Shown: positions 1 to 8,195 of the stretch, one piece after another
How the letters are laid out: every line of letters begins with the position of its first letter
Numbering within the stretch: the stretch's first letter is position 1
Source: Eubacteriaceae bacterium ES2
GTDB taxonomy: Bacteria; Bacillota; Clostridia; Eubacteriales; Eubacteriaceae
Length of the DNA: 24,000 nucleotides
NCBI GenBank assembly: GCA_031222025.1
Contig: CP130740.1
Span: 1,385,666 to 1,409,665 of the forward strand
Reading direction: 5' to 3'
Translations under genes and position numbers: made by a program
Notes under the pieces: generated by a model
What the model was told of the DNA's origin: nothing
The model's database searches: none
Seen by the model: the letters and a program-made list of their open reading frames with translations, nothing else

Positions 1-1
1 G

Positions 2-1234
2 ATTGAGAGTCAAAATGATTTCAGAATTCCTGAGCTGATACCCATGCGTCATGAAAAAATGGCCTCTTCACCATTTTCTTTTTTTCGGGGAACAGCACTG
101 TTAATGGCTCATGATCTGTCACATCAGGCTCAAACTGGTATTCATGCAATTATTTGTGGAGACGCGCATATTGGCAATTTTGGTTTTTTTGCTTCCCCCG
201 AGCGAAGACTAATATTTGATTTGAATGACTTCGATGAAGCAGCGCCAGGGCCATGGGAATGGGATTTAAAGCGGTTTTTAACGAGTATTATTCTGATTGG
301 CAAAGAACATGAATTGAATGAGAATAAGATTCGGGAAATATGTCTTGAAGCTGCTAAGCATTATCGAAATGGGTTGTCGTTAATGTTATCAATGAGTTCA
401 CTGGAACGCTATTTTCTAATAGGTGATGAGGTTTTGTTTTTGGATAGTTTTTCCAAGTCATCGCGGGCAGATTTCGAAAAAATTATTAATAAAGCTAAGA
501 CAAGAACCTCAGATCAAGTCATCAATAAAATGACTGAAACAGACCAGTTTGGGCGGAGAATATTTATTGAAAAGCCACCTGTGGTTGAACGAGTTCAAAA
601 TGAATTAATGGGTAAAGTTGAAGCCTGTTACATGGAATACCTAAAAACTGTTCGACCGGACATTGGCGTCCTTTTATCTCAACATATCCCAACAGATGTT
701 GCCAGACGAGTGGTTGGTGTTGGAAGTATTGGCACCAGGTGCTATTTGCTGGTCCTAACCTGTGAGGATGAAAGTCACTTGGTCTTACAAATTAAGCAGG
801 CTTCAGATTCAGCAATAAGCCGCTATTGCCAACGAAATTTTACAACACCGGAAACTTTGGATCATAATCTTGGAAATGGTTTTCGTGTTGTGAGCCATCA
901 ACAAATGCTTCAAGCAGTTTCTGATCCGTTTCTTGGCTATTTTACCAGTGATGATGGTTTTGATTTCTATGTCAGGCAATTTCGTGATATGAAAGGAACA
1001 GTTAAACTTGACGAACTGGATAATGACACATTCAAAGAATATGCCAGAAACTGTGGGATTGTTCTGGCCCGGGCTCACGCGCAAAGTCCGTACGCCAATT
1101 GGATAAAGGGGTATCTTGGTGAAAGCGATGAGTTTGATCACGCGGTTTATGAATGGAGCATGGCTTATTCGCGGCAGGTTTTTAATGATTATAAGATATA
1201 CGTTGATAAACTCGGACTAGCCTCCGAGAAGTAA
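2..1234 (+). CDS. DUF2252 domain-containing protein (5' end lies outside the window)
   Basis: The frame is open from base 2, with no stop before the ATG at 44. The translation IESQNDFRIPELIPMRHEKMASSPFSFFRGTA...CGDAHIGNFG...FDLNDFDEAAPGPWEWDLKR matches the conserved N-terminal blocks of DUF2252 as I remember them. Those blocks normally sit some tens of residues into the protein, so the true start is probably upstream of the window. Stop TAA at 1232-1234 is followed by a hairpin and T-run. Confidence 0.85.
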   Translation: MESQNDFRIPELIPMRHEKMASSPFSFFRGTALLMAHDLSHQAQTGIHAIICGDAHIGNFGFFASPERRLIFDLNDFDEAAPGPWEWDLKRFLTSIILIGKEHELNENKIREICLEAAKHYRNGLSLMLSMSSLERYFLIGDEVLFLDSFSKSSRADFEKIINKAKTRTSDQVINKMTETDQFGRRIFIEKPPVVERVQNELMGKVEACYMEYLKTVRPDIGVLLSQHIPTDVARRVVGVGSIGTRCYLLVLTCEDESHLVLQIKQASDSAISRYCQRNFTTPETLDHNLGNGFRVVSHQQMLQAVSDPFLGYFTSDDGFDFYVRQFRDMKGTVKLDELDNDTFKEYARNCGIVLARAHAQSPYANWIKGYLGESDEFDHAVYEWSMAYSRQVFNDYKIYVDKLGLASEK

Positions 1235-1242
1235 ATTAAAAA

Positions 1243-1277
1243 CCCTCTAAAAGAGTCGCAACTTTTAAAGGGTTTTT
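1243..1277 (+). terminator. Rho-independent terminator after the DUF2252 gene
   Basis: Stem ccctctaaaag (1243-1253) pairs with cttttaaaggg (1262-1272) with one mismatch. The loop is 8 nt and a ttttt run follows (1273-1277). Confidence 0.6.
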
Positions 1278-1333
1278 GATTGGAATCCAAGAGACTGGAA
1301 AAGGTTTTTTCAGCTGAATCAATGCGATAAGTG

Positions 1334-1362
1334 TTGATACAAACTGAAATAATGCATAAAAT
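1334..1362 (+). promoter_or_regulatory. Candidate sigma-A type promoter (TTGATA-N17-TAAAAT) for the permease gene
   Basis: ttgata at 1334-1339, an exact 17-nt spacer, then taaaat at 1357-1362. If used, it gives a ~330-nt leader before the ATG at 1694. This is a sequence match only. Confidence 0.35.
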
Positions 1363-1593
1363 GATGAATCTATCCATATTATATCGGAATTTCTATTGAA
1401 AGTCAAGTGCAAAACAAGATAAAAAGTAACGAAAATGATCGTAATTGGTTTAATAAATAAAGTCAAGCGCGGATGAAAAAGCAAATTTCATCTGATGAAT
1501 CAACAAACGTTTACAAATCATTTGTCTTGAAATCTTTTAAGGATTTTGATAGAATAAATTCGTTGATGTTTGAAAGGTTTCGAAAAGAGCAAT

Positions 1594-1633
1594 GGCGCTA
1601 ATAACTTCGAAAGGAGTTTTTGCGCCCTTTTTT
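1594..1633 (+). terminator. Terminator-like hairpin plus U-tract inside the permease leader (possible attenuator or riboswitch expression platform)
   Basis: ggcgc (1594-1598) pairs with gcgcc (1622-1626). An inner aact/agtt stem surrounds a tcgaaagg loop. The sequence c-tttttt follows (1627-1633). It lies about 50 nt upstream of the RBS aaaggagg (1681-1688). Confidence 0.4.
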
Positions 1634-1693
1634 GCTTTATGCCATTTAAATTTTAACTCAAAAGAGTTTATAATTTCTTTAAAGGAGGATGAT

Positions 1694-2974
1694 ATGACAG
1701 AAGCAACATATTTTTTTCTTTCGCTGGTGATTTTTATTGGTGTCTATGTTTTGATTATTATGGATCGGTTGGATCGGACACTTGTTGCCTTGGCGGGAGG
1801 CTTGCTGATGATTTTTTTGCAAATTATCAATCAGGAGGAAGCGATTCATGCCGTTGACTTTGACACCATTACCTTACTAATTGGTATGATGATGATTGTT
1901 ATGGTAATGCGGCGGACCGGCATTTTTGAATATCTGGCTATCAAAATGCTGAAAATATCAAAAGCCGATCCTCAAAGACTGATTATTCTGTTTTCTTTGA
2001 TAACCGGTGTTTTGTCTGGTCTACTTGATAATGTTACAACAATTATGCTGATTATACCGGTAACGCTAAGTGTTGCAAAGGACCTGAAACTTGATCCCAT
2101 TCCGTTTATAATTGCTGAAATTTTTTCTTCTAATATTGGTGGTACAGCAACATTAATTGGGGATCCACCTAATATTATGATTGGCAGTGAAGTACCACTT
2201 TCATTCAATGATTTTTTGTTGAATAATGCCATAATTGCCTTGCCGATTCTCATTGTCACCTCAATCCTGTTTTCCCTGTTGTACAAACGGATGTTGGTTG
2301 CTGATGAAACGGTTAAACGAAAACTGCTGGAAGTCGATGAAAATGAGGCTATTCATGATCCGGTTCTATTGCGAAAGAGCCTAGTGATTTTCAGTCTTGT
2401 TATATTAGGATTTATTTTTAACGCTTATATCCATGTTGAGTCGGCAACGATTGCTTTAACTGGTGCCGTGGCATTAATTTTTCTCTCAGGAATTTCGTCA
2501 GAAGAAATTTTAGTTGAAGTTGAGTGGAAAACAATTTTCTTTTTTATTGGGCTTTTTATGTTGGTTGGGGGAATTGAAGCAACTGGCGTAATTGAAATGC
2601 TGGCTGAAGAAGTACTTCGACTAACCGGAGGGAATCTTTTCAGCACATCCATATCGATTTTATGGGTGTCTGCGCTTGCTTCTGCCTTTATAGATAATAT
2701 CCCCTTTGTTGCCACAATGATTCCGATGATTACTGATATGGGAATTATTTCGGGAATGGACGTTTACCCTTTATGGTGGGCTTTGTCACTAGGTGCATGT
2801 CTGGGGGGGAATGGGACTGTTATTGGAGCCAGTGCTAATGTTGTGGCCATCGGACTGGCAGAAGGTCAGGGATATAAAATCACCTTTAAAAACTATTTTA
2901 GGGTCGCTTTTCCCTTCATGCTGATGACTGTTTTTGTTGCGATGATTTATCTTATTTTTCGTTTTCTGGTTTAA
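1694..2974 (+). CDS. ArsB/NhaD-superfamily (citrate-transporter-like) anion/cation permease
   Basis: The protein is polytopic and hydrophobic, with the family-typical block NIGGTATLIGDPPNIMIG and a GGNGTVIGASANV-type repeat in the second half. I prefer the ATG at 1694 (MTEATYFF...) over the ORF-track start at 1592 because aaaggagg sits 5 nt upstream. Confidence 0.85.
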   Translation: MTEATYFFLSLVIFIGVYVLIIMDRLDRTLVALAGGLLMIFLQIINQEEAIHAVDFDTITLLIGMMMIVMVMRRTGIFEYLAIKMLKISKADPQRLIILFSLITGVLSGLLDNVTTIMLIIPVTLSVAKDLKLDPIPFIIAEIFSSNIGGTATLIGDPPNIMIGSEVPLSFNDFLLNNAIIALPILIVTSILFSLLYKRMLVADETVKRKLLEVDENEAIHDPVLLRKSLVIFSLVILGFIFNAYIHVESATIALTGAVALIFLSGISSEEILVEVEWKTIFFFIGLFMLVGGIEATGVIEMLAEEVLRLTGGNLFSTSISILWVSALASAFIDNIPFVATMIPMITDMGIISGMDVYPLWWALSLGACLGGNGTVIGASANVVAIGLAEGQGYKITFKNYFRVAFPFMLMTVFVAMIYLIFRFLV

Positions 2975-3018
2975 AAAAGAGCAGTTTCTTTAGGGGGAAA
3001 TAAAGAAACTGCTCTTTT
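2975..3018. terminator. Bidirectional intrinsic terminator between convergent genes
   Basis: A perfect 18-bp stem: aaaagagcagtttcttta (2975-2992) pairs with taaagaaactgctctttt (3001-3018), loop gggggaaa. A/T runs on both sides let it serve both the plus-strand permease and the minus-strand GGDEF gene. Confidence 0.8.
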
Positions 3019-3036
3019 AAAGATGTTAAATTTCTT

Positions 3037-4230
3037 TCATTGTTTTTGAGCTATTGCAGGTGAAACTGCTTTTTCTTGAGAACTCAAATGTTCAAAAAAG
3101 TCTTTCTTATAGGCTTCTTTTTTTTGATACATGTGCTGATCAGCGTCTTTTAAGAGATCTGATAATGGGCGGTTTTCAGAAACTGTTTGTGTGCTGCAAC
3201 CAAAACTGATACTGAGCTGGTATGGTTTAGAAGCGGACTCGTTGTACATTATTAAAGCATTTGAAATATTTTGTAATAATGCATTTAAATTGAGATGGTC
3301 ATCAGATTCGATTAAAATTAAAAATTCATCGCCGCCAAAACGATACACGGTATCACCTGAACTAATCATTGATTCCAGAATGTGGGAAGTGGTTATTAGG
3401 GCTTCGTCCCCGGTGTGGTGGCCATAGCAATCATTTATTTGTTTGAAATTATTAATATCACCAAGAATAATAGAAAAAGCCTGAGCTTTATCATTCAGAT
3501 ATTGGACACGTTGCACAAAACGTTCACGGGTAGGAAGACCGGTTAAGGCGTCACGCAGGTTATTGTCTTGTTCAATCTGAACATAGGCAATGAGCGTAGA
3601 GAAGGAAAAAGCCGGCCAGATGATCAATAATCCATAAGCAACGGATTGAAGAACACCGGCAAGAATCGGAATTAGCATGAACAGAAAAACTGATTCGAGA
3701 ATTCGCCCGTTTATCTGTTTTTTGAATTTGAAGGTACATAAGTAGAGGATGGTAATCATCAGATAAGTTAGCGAAACAATCAGATAAAGGCCAATATTGC
3801 GGGCGTACTGATTTTCGGAATTGATGGTAAATACAAAGCCGGTAAAGAAATTGATGGACATGATTAAAAGAGTAATGTAAAAAGGAATGAGATAAAAACG
3901 GATGCGTTTCTTTAAAGCACGGTAATCATCGAAAATTTTATAATCGGCATAGGCAACCCAAGCCACAGCTGGGAAGCTATTAAAACAAATAAGTATGGTG
4001 TTGCTGACAAGCAGTAGCCAGTAACTAAAAACATAATGTGTGCCATCAAGAAACCAGGTAAGACCTTCCAAAAAGTTCATTATGATCAAAATGAAAACAA
4101 TATTTAGAAGTAGTTTCGTAGAGATGTCATGCGAACGGTTTTTTTTAATGAGACTGATGGCAATAAAGATCAGGAGACAAATCGCAAAGAGCAGCAGGTC
4201 AATTGAATAGAAAAGATGCAGATGGTTCAT
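3037..4230 (-). CDS. Membrane-anchored diguanylate cyclase (multi-TM sensor domain + GGDEF)
   Basis: The N-terminal ~210 aa form about 6-7 hydrophobic helices. The C-terminus has GGDEF-domain blocks (LTGLPTRERF, DINNFKQINDCYGH, RFGGDEFLIL). No RxxD I-site is present (SSGD stands five residues before GGDEF). RBS ggagg is at 4235-4239 on the minus strand. Confidence 0.9.
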   Translation of the reverse strand: MNHLHLFYSIDLLLFAICLLIFIAISLIKKNRSHDISTKLLLNIVFILIIMNFLEGLTWFLDGTHYVFSYWLLLVSNTILICFNSFPAVAWVAYADYKIFDDYRALKKRIRFYLIPFYITLLIMSINFFTGFVFTINSENQYARNIGLYLIVSLTYLMITILYLCTFKFKKQINGRILESVFLFMLIPILAGVLQSVAYGLLIIWPAFSFSTLIAYVQIEQDNNLRDALTGLPTRERFVQRVQYLNDKAQAFSIILGDINNFKQINDCYGHHTGDEALITTSHILESMISSGDTVYRFGGDEFLILIESDDHLNLNALLQNISNALIMYNESASKPYQLSISFGCSTQTVSENRPLSDLLKDADQHMYQKKEAYKKDFFEHLSSQEKAVSPAIAQKQ

Positions 4231-4266
4231 AAAGCCTCCAAATTATAAATTGATTTGATCTTAATT

Positions 4267-4275
4267 ATTATAACA
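4267..4275 (-). promoter_or_regulatory. Extended -10 promoter (TGtTATAAT) for the 3037-4230 GGDEF gene, embedded in the palindrome arm
   Basis: The minus strand reads tgttataat (plus strand attataaca, 4267-4275), about 37 nt upstream of the ATG at 4230. The -35 (ttcatt) is weak. Sequence match only. Confidence 0.45.
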
Positions 4276-4329
4276 TAAGGCCTAAGCGGAATGAAGATAG
4301 AATAATTCGCTTAGGCCTTATGTTATAAT
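4267..4329. repeat. Perfect 22-bp inverted repeat (19-nt spacer) between the two tandem GGDEF genes
   Basis: 4267-4288 (attataacataaggcctaagcg) is the exact reverse complement of 4308-4329 (cgcttaggccttatgttataat). No U-tract follows on either strand. Confidence 0.9.
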
Positions 4330-4344
4330 TCCCAAACAATTCGG

Positions 4345-5430
4345 TTAGACTTGGGCAGGGATAAAAAGTTTGGGATCAGAGTATCGGACAACTTTGTTTC
4401 GGCCGCTGTTTTTAGCATCTTTAAGCGCTATACCGGCATTCTTAATGGTATCAAGACAATCTCCACCCGGATATAGAGCAGTGCCAATTGAAATAGTGAT
4501 AGGACAAACTCCGTTAACAGAGCGCTCGACGGCATTGCGGATTCGCTCGGCAACTAAATCGACCTGATCCTCAGGACAATCAAATAGAATGGCGGCAAAT
4601 TCTTCTCCACCCCACCGAATAACCAGATCAGAAGCTCTTAAACTGTTACGAATACAGTCTGCGACAAACTGTAGAATGCGATCACCATTATCGTGACCAA
4701 AGTGATCATTAACTGCCTTTAAATGGTCGATATCCATCATTAAAATAGCAATCTGGCTGCTTAAAAAACTGATATCATGAGAAGCGCCCATCAGTTCATC
4801 GATTTTACGACGATTAAAAACTTTGGTCAAGGGGTCGTGAAGGAGTGCAAAGGCTAATTTTTTTTCCATGAGATAATGCTGGAAATAAAATTGCGTAAAT
4901 GTGAAAGTTAAAGCTGATAAAAAAATGATTGGAATAATTAAAGAAACAAGTGCGGCTGGTGAGTTTTCAAGCAGTTGGTAATAGTTGAAAAAATAAAAGT
5001 CTCCAATCAAAGCCAAATAAGTAACAATGGAAAAGGATAGAGGTGCTGAAAATGTGATAAGAAATAATATAAAAGCGGCAAAAATTAAGACTATGTTTAT
5101 TGATGAATAGCTGCTTTTTGAGCTGTTGATCAGAAGTGCGCCGATAATAAAAGCATGGATGGTTATCAATGAAAGCCCCGATATTAATTTGTAATTACTG
5201 CTTTGAGTTGATGTAAAATAAACCGCCAACAAAGGTAAAATAAAAAGAAGGCGCATTATAAAAACAAATGATGAAATCGAAGCGGTTATACAAAAATCAT
5301 TGATGATCGCACCCAGATATAGAAATAAAGCAATTGTTAAAACGACAAGATTGAATGATCGATAATAGTGATATTTAGCCAGATAAAAGTCATTCCGGGC
5401 GCTTTCCGGAAGATTTAAAAAAATATTCAT
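4345..5430 (-). CDS. Membrane-anchored diguanylate cyclase (multi-TM domain + GGEEF, with RxxD I-site)
   Basis: Hydrophobic N-terminal ~200 aa, followed by HDPLTKVFNRR, DIDHLKAVNDHFGH and RWGGEEFAAIL. RASD stands five residues before GGEEF, which is an I-site. I prefer the ATG at 5430 (MNIFLNL...) over the GTG at 5451 because gaggag (5440-5445, minus strand) sits 9 nt upstream of it. Confidence 0.9.
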   Translation of the reverse strand: MNIFLNLPESARNDFYLAKYHYYRSFNLVVLTIALFLYLGAIINDFCITASISSFVFIMRLLFILPLLAVYFTSTQSSNYKLISGLSLITIHAFIIGALLINSSKSSYSSINIVLIFAAFILFLITFSAPLSFSIVTYLALIGDFYFFNYYQLLENSPAALVSLIIPIIFLSALTFTFTQFYFQHYLMEKKLAFALLHDPLTKVFNRRKIDELMGASHDISFLSSQIAILMMDIDHLKAVNDHFGHDNGDRILQFVADCIRNSLRASDLVIRWGGEEFAAILFDCPEDQVDLVAERIRNAVERSVNGVCPITISIGTALYPGGDCLDTIKNAGIALKDAKNSGRNKVVRYSDPKLFIPAQV

Positions 5431-5483
5431 CTTTGGGGTCTCCTCAGTCACGTAAAATAATCCAAGATTTTGATGGATAGAAT

Positions 5484-5492
5484 ATTATACCA
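5484..5492 (-). promoter_or_regulatory. Extended -10 promoter (TGgTATAAT) for the 4345-5430 gene
   Basis: The minus strand reads tggtataat (plus strand attatacca, 5484-5492), about 55 nt upstream of the ATG at 5430. Sequence match only. Confidence 0.45.
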
Positions 5493-5639
5493 TATTTAAT
5501 CTAATGAAGGAATTTAAAAGCGCACGACAGGGAGCGATATTTAAAATGAGCAGGGATCAGGATCGGGCTGTGACATATAAAAGCCTGACATGAATGAAAT
5601 ACCGAAAGAGAATATTGTGGGTTTTATCGGGTATGAATT

Positions 5640-5648
5640 TGGTATATT
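5640..5648 (+). promoter_or_regulatory. Possible extended -10 promoter (TGgTATATT) giving a ~170-nt leader for the PAS-GGDEF-EAL gene
   Basis: tggtatatt at 5640-5648. There is no convincing -35. Sequence match only. Confidence 0.3.
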
Positions 5649-5824
5649 TCTTTTTAATAATTTCCCGTCTTACAAATCCATTCAAAGGGATTCAAGGGAA
5701 CAAACCCAACCGTAAAAAACTGAATCCCCAAAAAGTGCAAGAGAGAAACCTGCGTTAGAGTCGAACACGATAACTTTTTCAGCCAGTAAATAGCAACTTA
5801 AAAGGGTATAATAAGGGAAACGTG

Positions 5825-8119
5825 ATGAAAAAAGATCAGATTAGAGATTTTCTTAATAAAAATATTTTTAAAGCAGATGAACAGGACGAAAGCCTTGGCA
5901 ATCTGCACTTGTTAAAGAACAGGATTTATTCACTGGTCTCATTTCTGATTGTTTTATTCAGTGGACCACTGCTTGTATATGGGGCATATTTATTTTATCA
6001 GAAAAATGATTATTTACAGGCTAGTCTGGAAATCATAGTCTACATCATCGTGATTATTTCTATGACATCTCCCAACATTGGCGTTGATCTAAAGAAGATT
6101 ATCATGATATCATTGATTTATTTTTTCGGTCTTGTTTTGTTGCTTTCTGCTGGGCCCCAAGGAGCTGGGCAAATTACGATTGTTTTATCCTTTGTATTGT
6201 CTTCTTCTGTGCTGGGTAAAAAACAGAACATTCTATTTTTTATTTTTAATCTGGCTATTTTTATCATGATTACGGTTTTTCTTTCTTTGGGCTTTTTAAA
6301 AGGACTTGCCATCAGTCAATATGAAAACTATTGGCTGATCAATGTTCTGACGTTACAACTTGTTTTGATGGGGATGGTTTTTCTACATCAGATGATCTAT
6401 GATGGTCTGGAAAAACAAACTGAAGCAGTTCTCAAATCAAAAAAAAAGTTGGCTGTCAGCGAAGAAAGGTATCGTATTTTGGCCGATAACACTGCAGACG
6501 TTATTTGGGTTTATAATGTTGACTTGAAAAAATTTGTCTATATTAGTCCGGCGATCAAAACACTGCGGGGATTAACTGTAGAGGAAGCGTTAAAAGAGTC
6601 GCTTGAAGAATCAGTGATACCTGAATTTAGAGCGGCTCTAGTTGCTGAGATTGCCAAAAGTTTAAATGATTTCTTGCATAATCCGACAGAGCCGGAAGAT
6701 TTTATTAATGAATTTAAACACCCCTGTAAAGATGGGACTAGCGTTTGGGTTGAAACGGCATCTCGTTATCGCTTTAATGCTAACGGGGAAGTCGAGATCA
6801 TAAGTTCCAGCCGTAATATTATGGAACGAAAAGAAAAGGAAGCTCAGATCGAGTATTTAGATGATCATGATCCCTTAACAGGCTTATTTAACCGCAAAGC
6901 GCTGATGAAGAGAATGCTTAAAGATGAGAAACAGATATCTGTGATTAGTATCAACATTGATAATTTCAGGGTGATTAATGAAGAGCTTGGTCATAAGGGG
7001 GGAGATCGTATTCTTCAGGAATTGTCAGAAAATATCATGACAGCAGTCACAGACATCGGTCAGGTTTACCGGATTGGCGGTGACGAATTTGTAGTGGTAA
7101 TAAAAAATAATTATCACAAACAGGTTCTTAATGTAGCTGAGAAAATTTCTAAAGCTGTTTCAAGACAATTTAAGTCTGATTCTAAGATCTTGTATATTAC
7201 TGTTTCGCTGGGGATCGGAATAGGAGATGAGAATGAAGATTTATCAGAAATTATAAAAAAATCTGACACTGCTTTATACGTTGCTAAAAAAGAAAAAAAT
7301 CAAATATTGCTGTATCAGCCATCAATGGAAAAACGAAGAAGCTGGGAAGCGATACTCGAAAAAGATTTATCATCAGCCCTGGAAAACAAGGAATTCGAAC
7401 TTGTTTTTCAGCCGATTTATGATATAAATCAGCATAAGTTTAATCAGGCTGAAGCTTTGCTGCGATGGAATCATCCGGACTTAGGCGAGATTTCACCTGT
7501 TGACTTTATTCCAATCGCAGAAAAAACCCGTTTGATTATTCCCATCACTAACTGGGTCATAAAAGAAGTCTGTAAACAAAGCAGTAAATGGGCTTCAGCG
7601 GGATTGGGGGAAATGATTATCAGTATTAATATCTCAATTTTACTATTTGAAAATAGGGGTTCAGAGCTTTTAGAAGCTGTTCAGACGGGAATAGATGAGG
7701 CAATGATTCTGGCCAGCTCGATCAAATTGGAAATTACTGAAAGCTGCTTGATCAGAGATACCAATGAGTTAATCAAAACATTTTCTGAGTTGAAGAAAAT
7801 TGGTGTCAAATTGGCATTGGATGACTTCGGCACGGGTTATTCTTTTTTTGGCAGTATCAAAGACTTGCCGCTGGATGTGATTAAACTGGATCGATCGTTG
7901 ATCGCGCAAATTGATATAGATCTGCGAGAGCAGCAAATAATAAAAGCCTTAATTACAATTATTCACAATTTAAAAATTAAAATTGTGGCTGAGGGAATTG
8001 AGACAGTAGCAGAATTTGAAATTTTGCAGCAAATGGGTTGTGATTATATTCAGGGATTTTATTTTAGTCAGCCACTGAAAGCAAGCGATTTGTTTTTTTT
8101 CTGTACTAATAATAGCTAG
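5825..8119 (+). CDS. Membrane PAS-GGDEF-EAL c-di-GMP turnover protein
   Basis: About 190 aa of TM helices are followed by a PAS domain (EERYRILADNTADVIWVY...). The GGDEF domain has DPLTGLFNRK and RIGGDEFVVV, with no RxxD. The EAL domain carries a full catalytic set by eye (ELVFQPIYD, EALLRW, NISI, LEITES, DDFGTGYS, KLDRS, EGIET, QGFYFSQP). ATG 5825 is preferred over GTG 5822; aaggga lies 6 nt upstream. Confidence 0.9.
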   Translation: MKKDQIRDFLNKNIFKADEQDESLGNLHLLKNRIYSLVSFLIVLFSGPLLVYGAYLFYQKNDYLQASLEIIVYIIVIISMTSPNIGVDLKKIIMISLIYFFGLVLLLSAGPQGAGQITIVLSFVLSSSVLGKKQNILFFIFNLAIFIMITVFLSLGFLKGLAISQYENYWLINVLTLQLVLMGMVFLHQMIYDGLEKQTEAVLKSKKKLAVSEERYRILADNTADVIWVYNVDLKKFVYISPAIKTLRGLTVEEALKESLEESVIPEFRAALVAEIAKSLNDFLHNPTEPEDFINEFKHPCKDGTSVWVETASRYRFNANGEVEIISSSRNIMERKEKEAQIEYLDDHDPLTGLFNRKALMKRMLKDEKQISVISINIDNFRVINEELGHKGGDRILQELSENIMTAVTDIGQVYRIGGDEFVVVIKNNYHKQVLNVAEKISKAVSRQFKSDSKILYITVSLGIGIGDENEDLSEIIKKSDTALYVAKKEKNQILLYQPSMEKRRSWEAILEKDLSSALENKEFELVFQPIYDINQHKFNQAEALLRWNHPDLGEISPVDFIPIAEKTRLIIPITNWVIKEVCKQSSKWASAGLGEMIISINISILLFENRGSELLEAVQTGIDEAMILASSIKLEITESCLIRDTNELIKTFSELKKIGVKLALDDFGTGYSFFGSIKDLPLDVIKLDRSLIAQIDIDLREQQIIKALITIIHNLKIKIVAEGIETVAEFEILQQMGCDYIQGFYFSQPLKASDLFFFCTNNS

Positions 8120-8195
8120 AAAAAGGGCTTCGATCTGCTTTGGAGAGCTTATTTTGGGTAAATATCTTATAATTCGTACTGCATAAGGAGTGAAA

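Noticed and set aside
1236-1484. 82-aa minus-strand ORF (and the overlapping 1189-1377 ORF) in the DUF2252/permease intergenic region
   Set aside because: The translation is low-complexity, Ile/Leu/Phe-rich, typical of AT-rich non-coding DNA. There is no RBS. It overlaps the plus-strand terminator and the promoter candidate.
1592-1693. N-terminal extensions suggested by the ORF track (1592 for the permease, 14993 for the rsbR-like gene, 15805 for the rsbS-like gene, 8190 for the lipoprotein, 5451 for the GGEEF cyclase, 17245 for the kinase)
   Set aside because: In each case an internal ATG is preceded at 5-9 nt by a GGAGG-like RBS or forms an ATGA stop/start overlap. The extra residues are not homologous to the family N-termini.
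4370-4567. 65-aa plus-strand ORF antisense to the GGEEF cyclase, downstream of the mirrored TGtTATAAT motif
   Set aside because: It has a TTG start with no RBS and lies entirely inside a well-supported minus-strand CDS. The Arg/Ser/Pro-rich composition is typical of antisense frames.
5807-5812. Perfect TATAAT box just upstream of the PAS-GGDEF-EAL start
   Set aside because: It lies only 9-12 nt from GTG 5822 / ATG 5825, so the predicted transcription start would remove the RBS. It has no -35 or TG extension. It is likely coincidental in AT-rich DNA, unless the mRNA is leaderless, which I cannot support.
5452-5821. c-di-GMP riboswitch (GEMM-I or class II) upstream of the GGDEF/EAL genes
   Set aside because: On either strand I could not find the conserved strings I remember for class I (GGCAAACC...GACGCAAAGC with a GNRA loop and receptor) or for class II. 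The resemblance of cgcacgacaggg to the class I 5' end is too short to count. A covariance-model scan is needed before any claim.
6439-6447. A9 homopolymer inside the PAS-GGDEF-EAL gene (and T8 at 8093-8100) as possible phase-variation tracts
   Set aside because: The reading frame is intact. Such A/T runs are expected in a low-GC genome. The T8 run would affect only the last few codons. The window gives no evidence of length variation.
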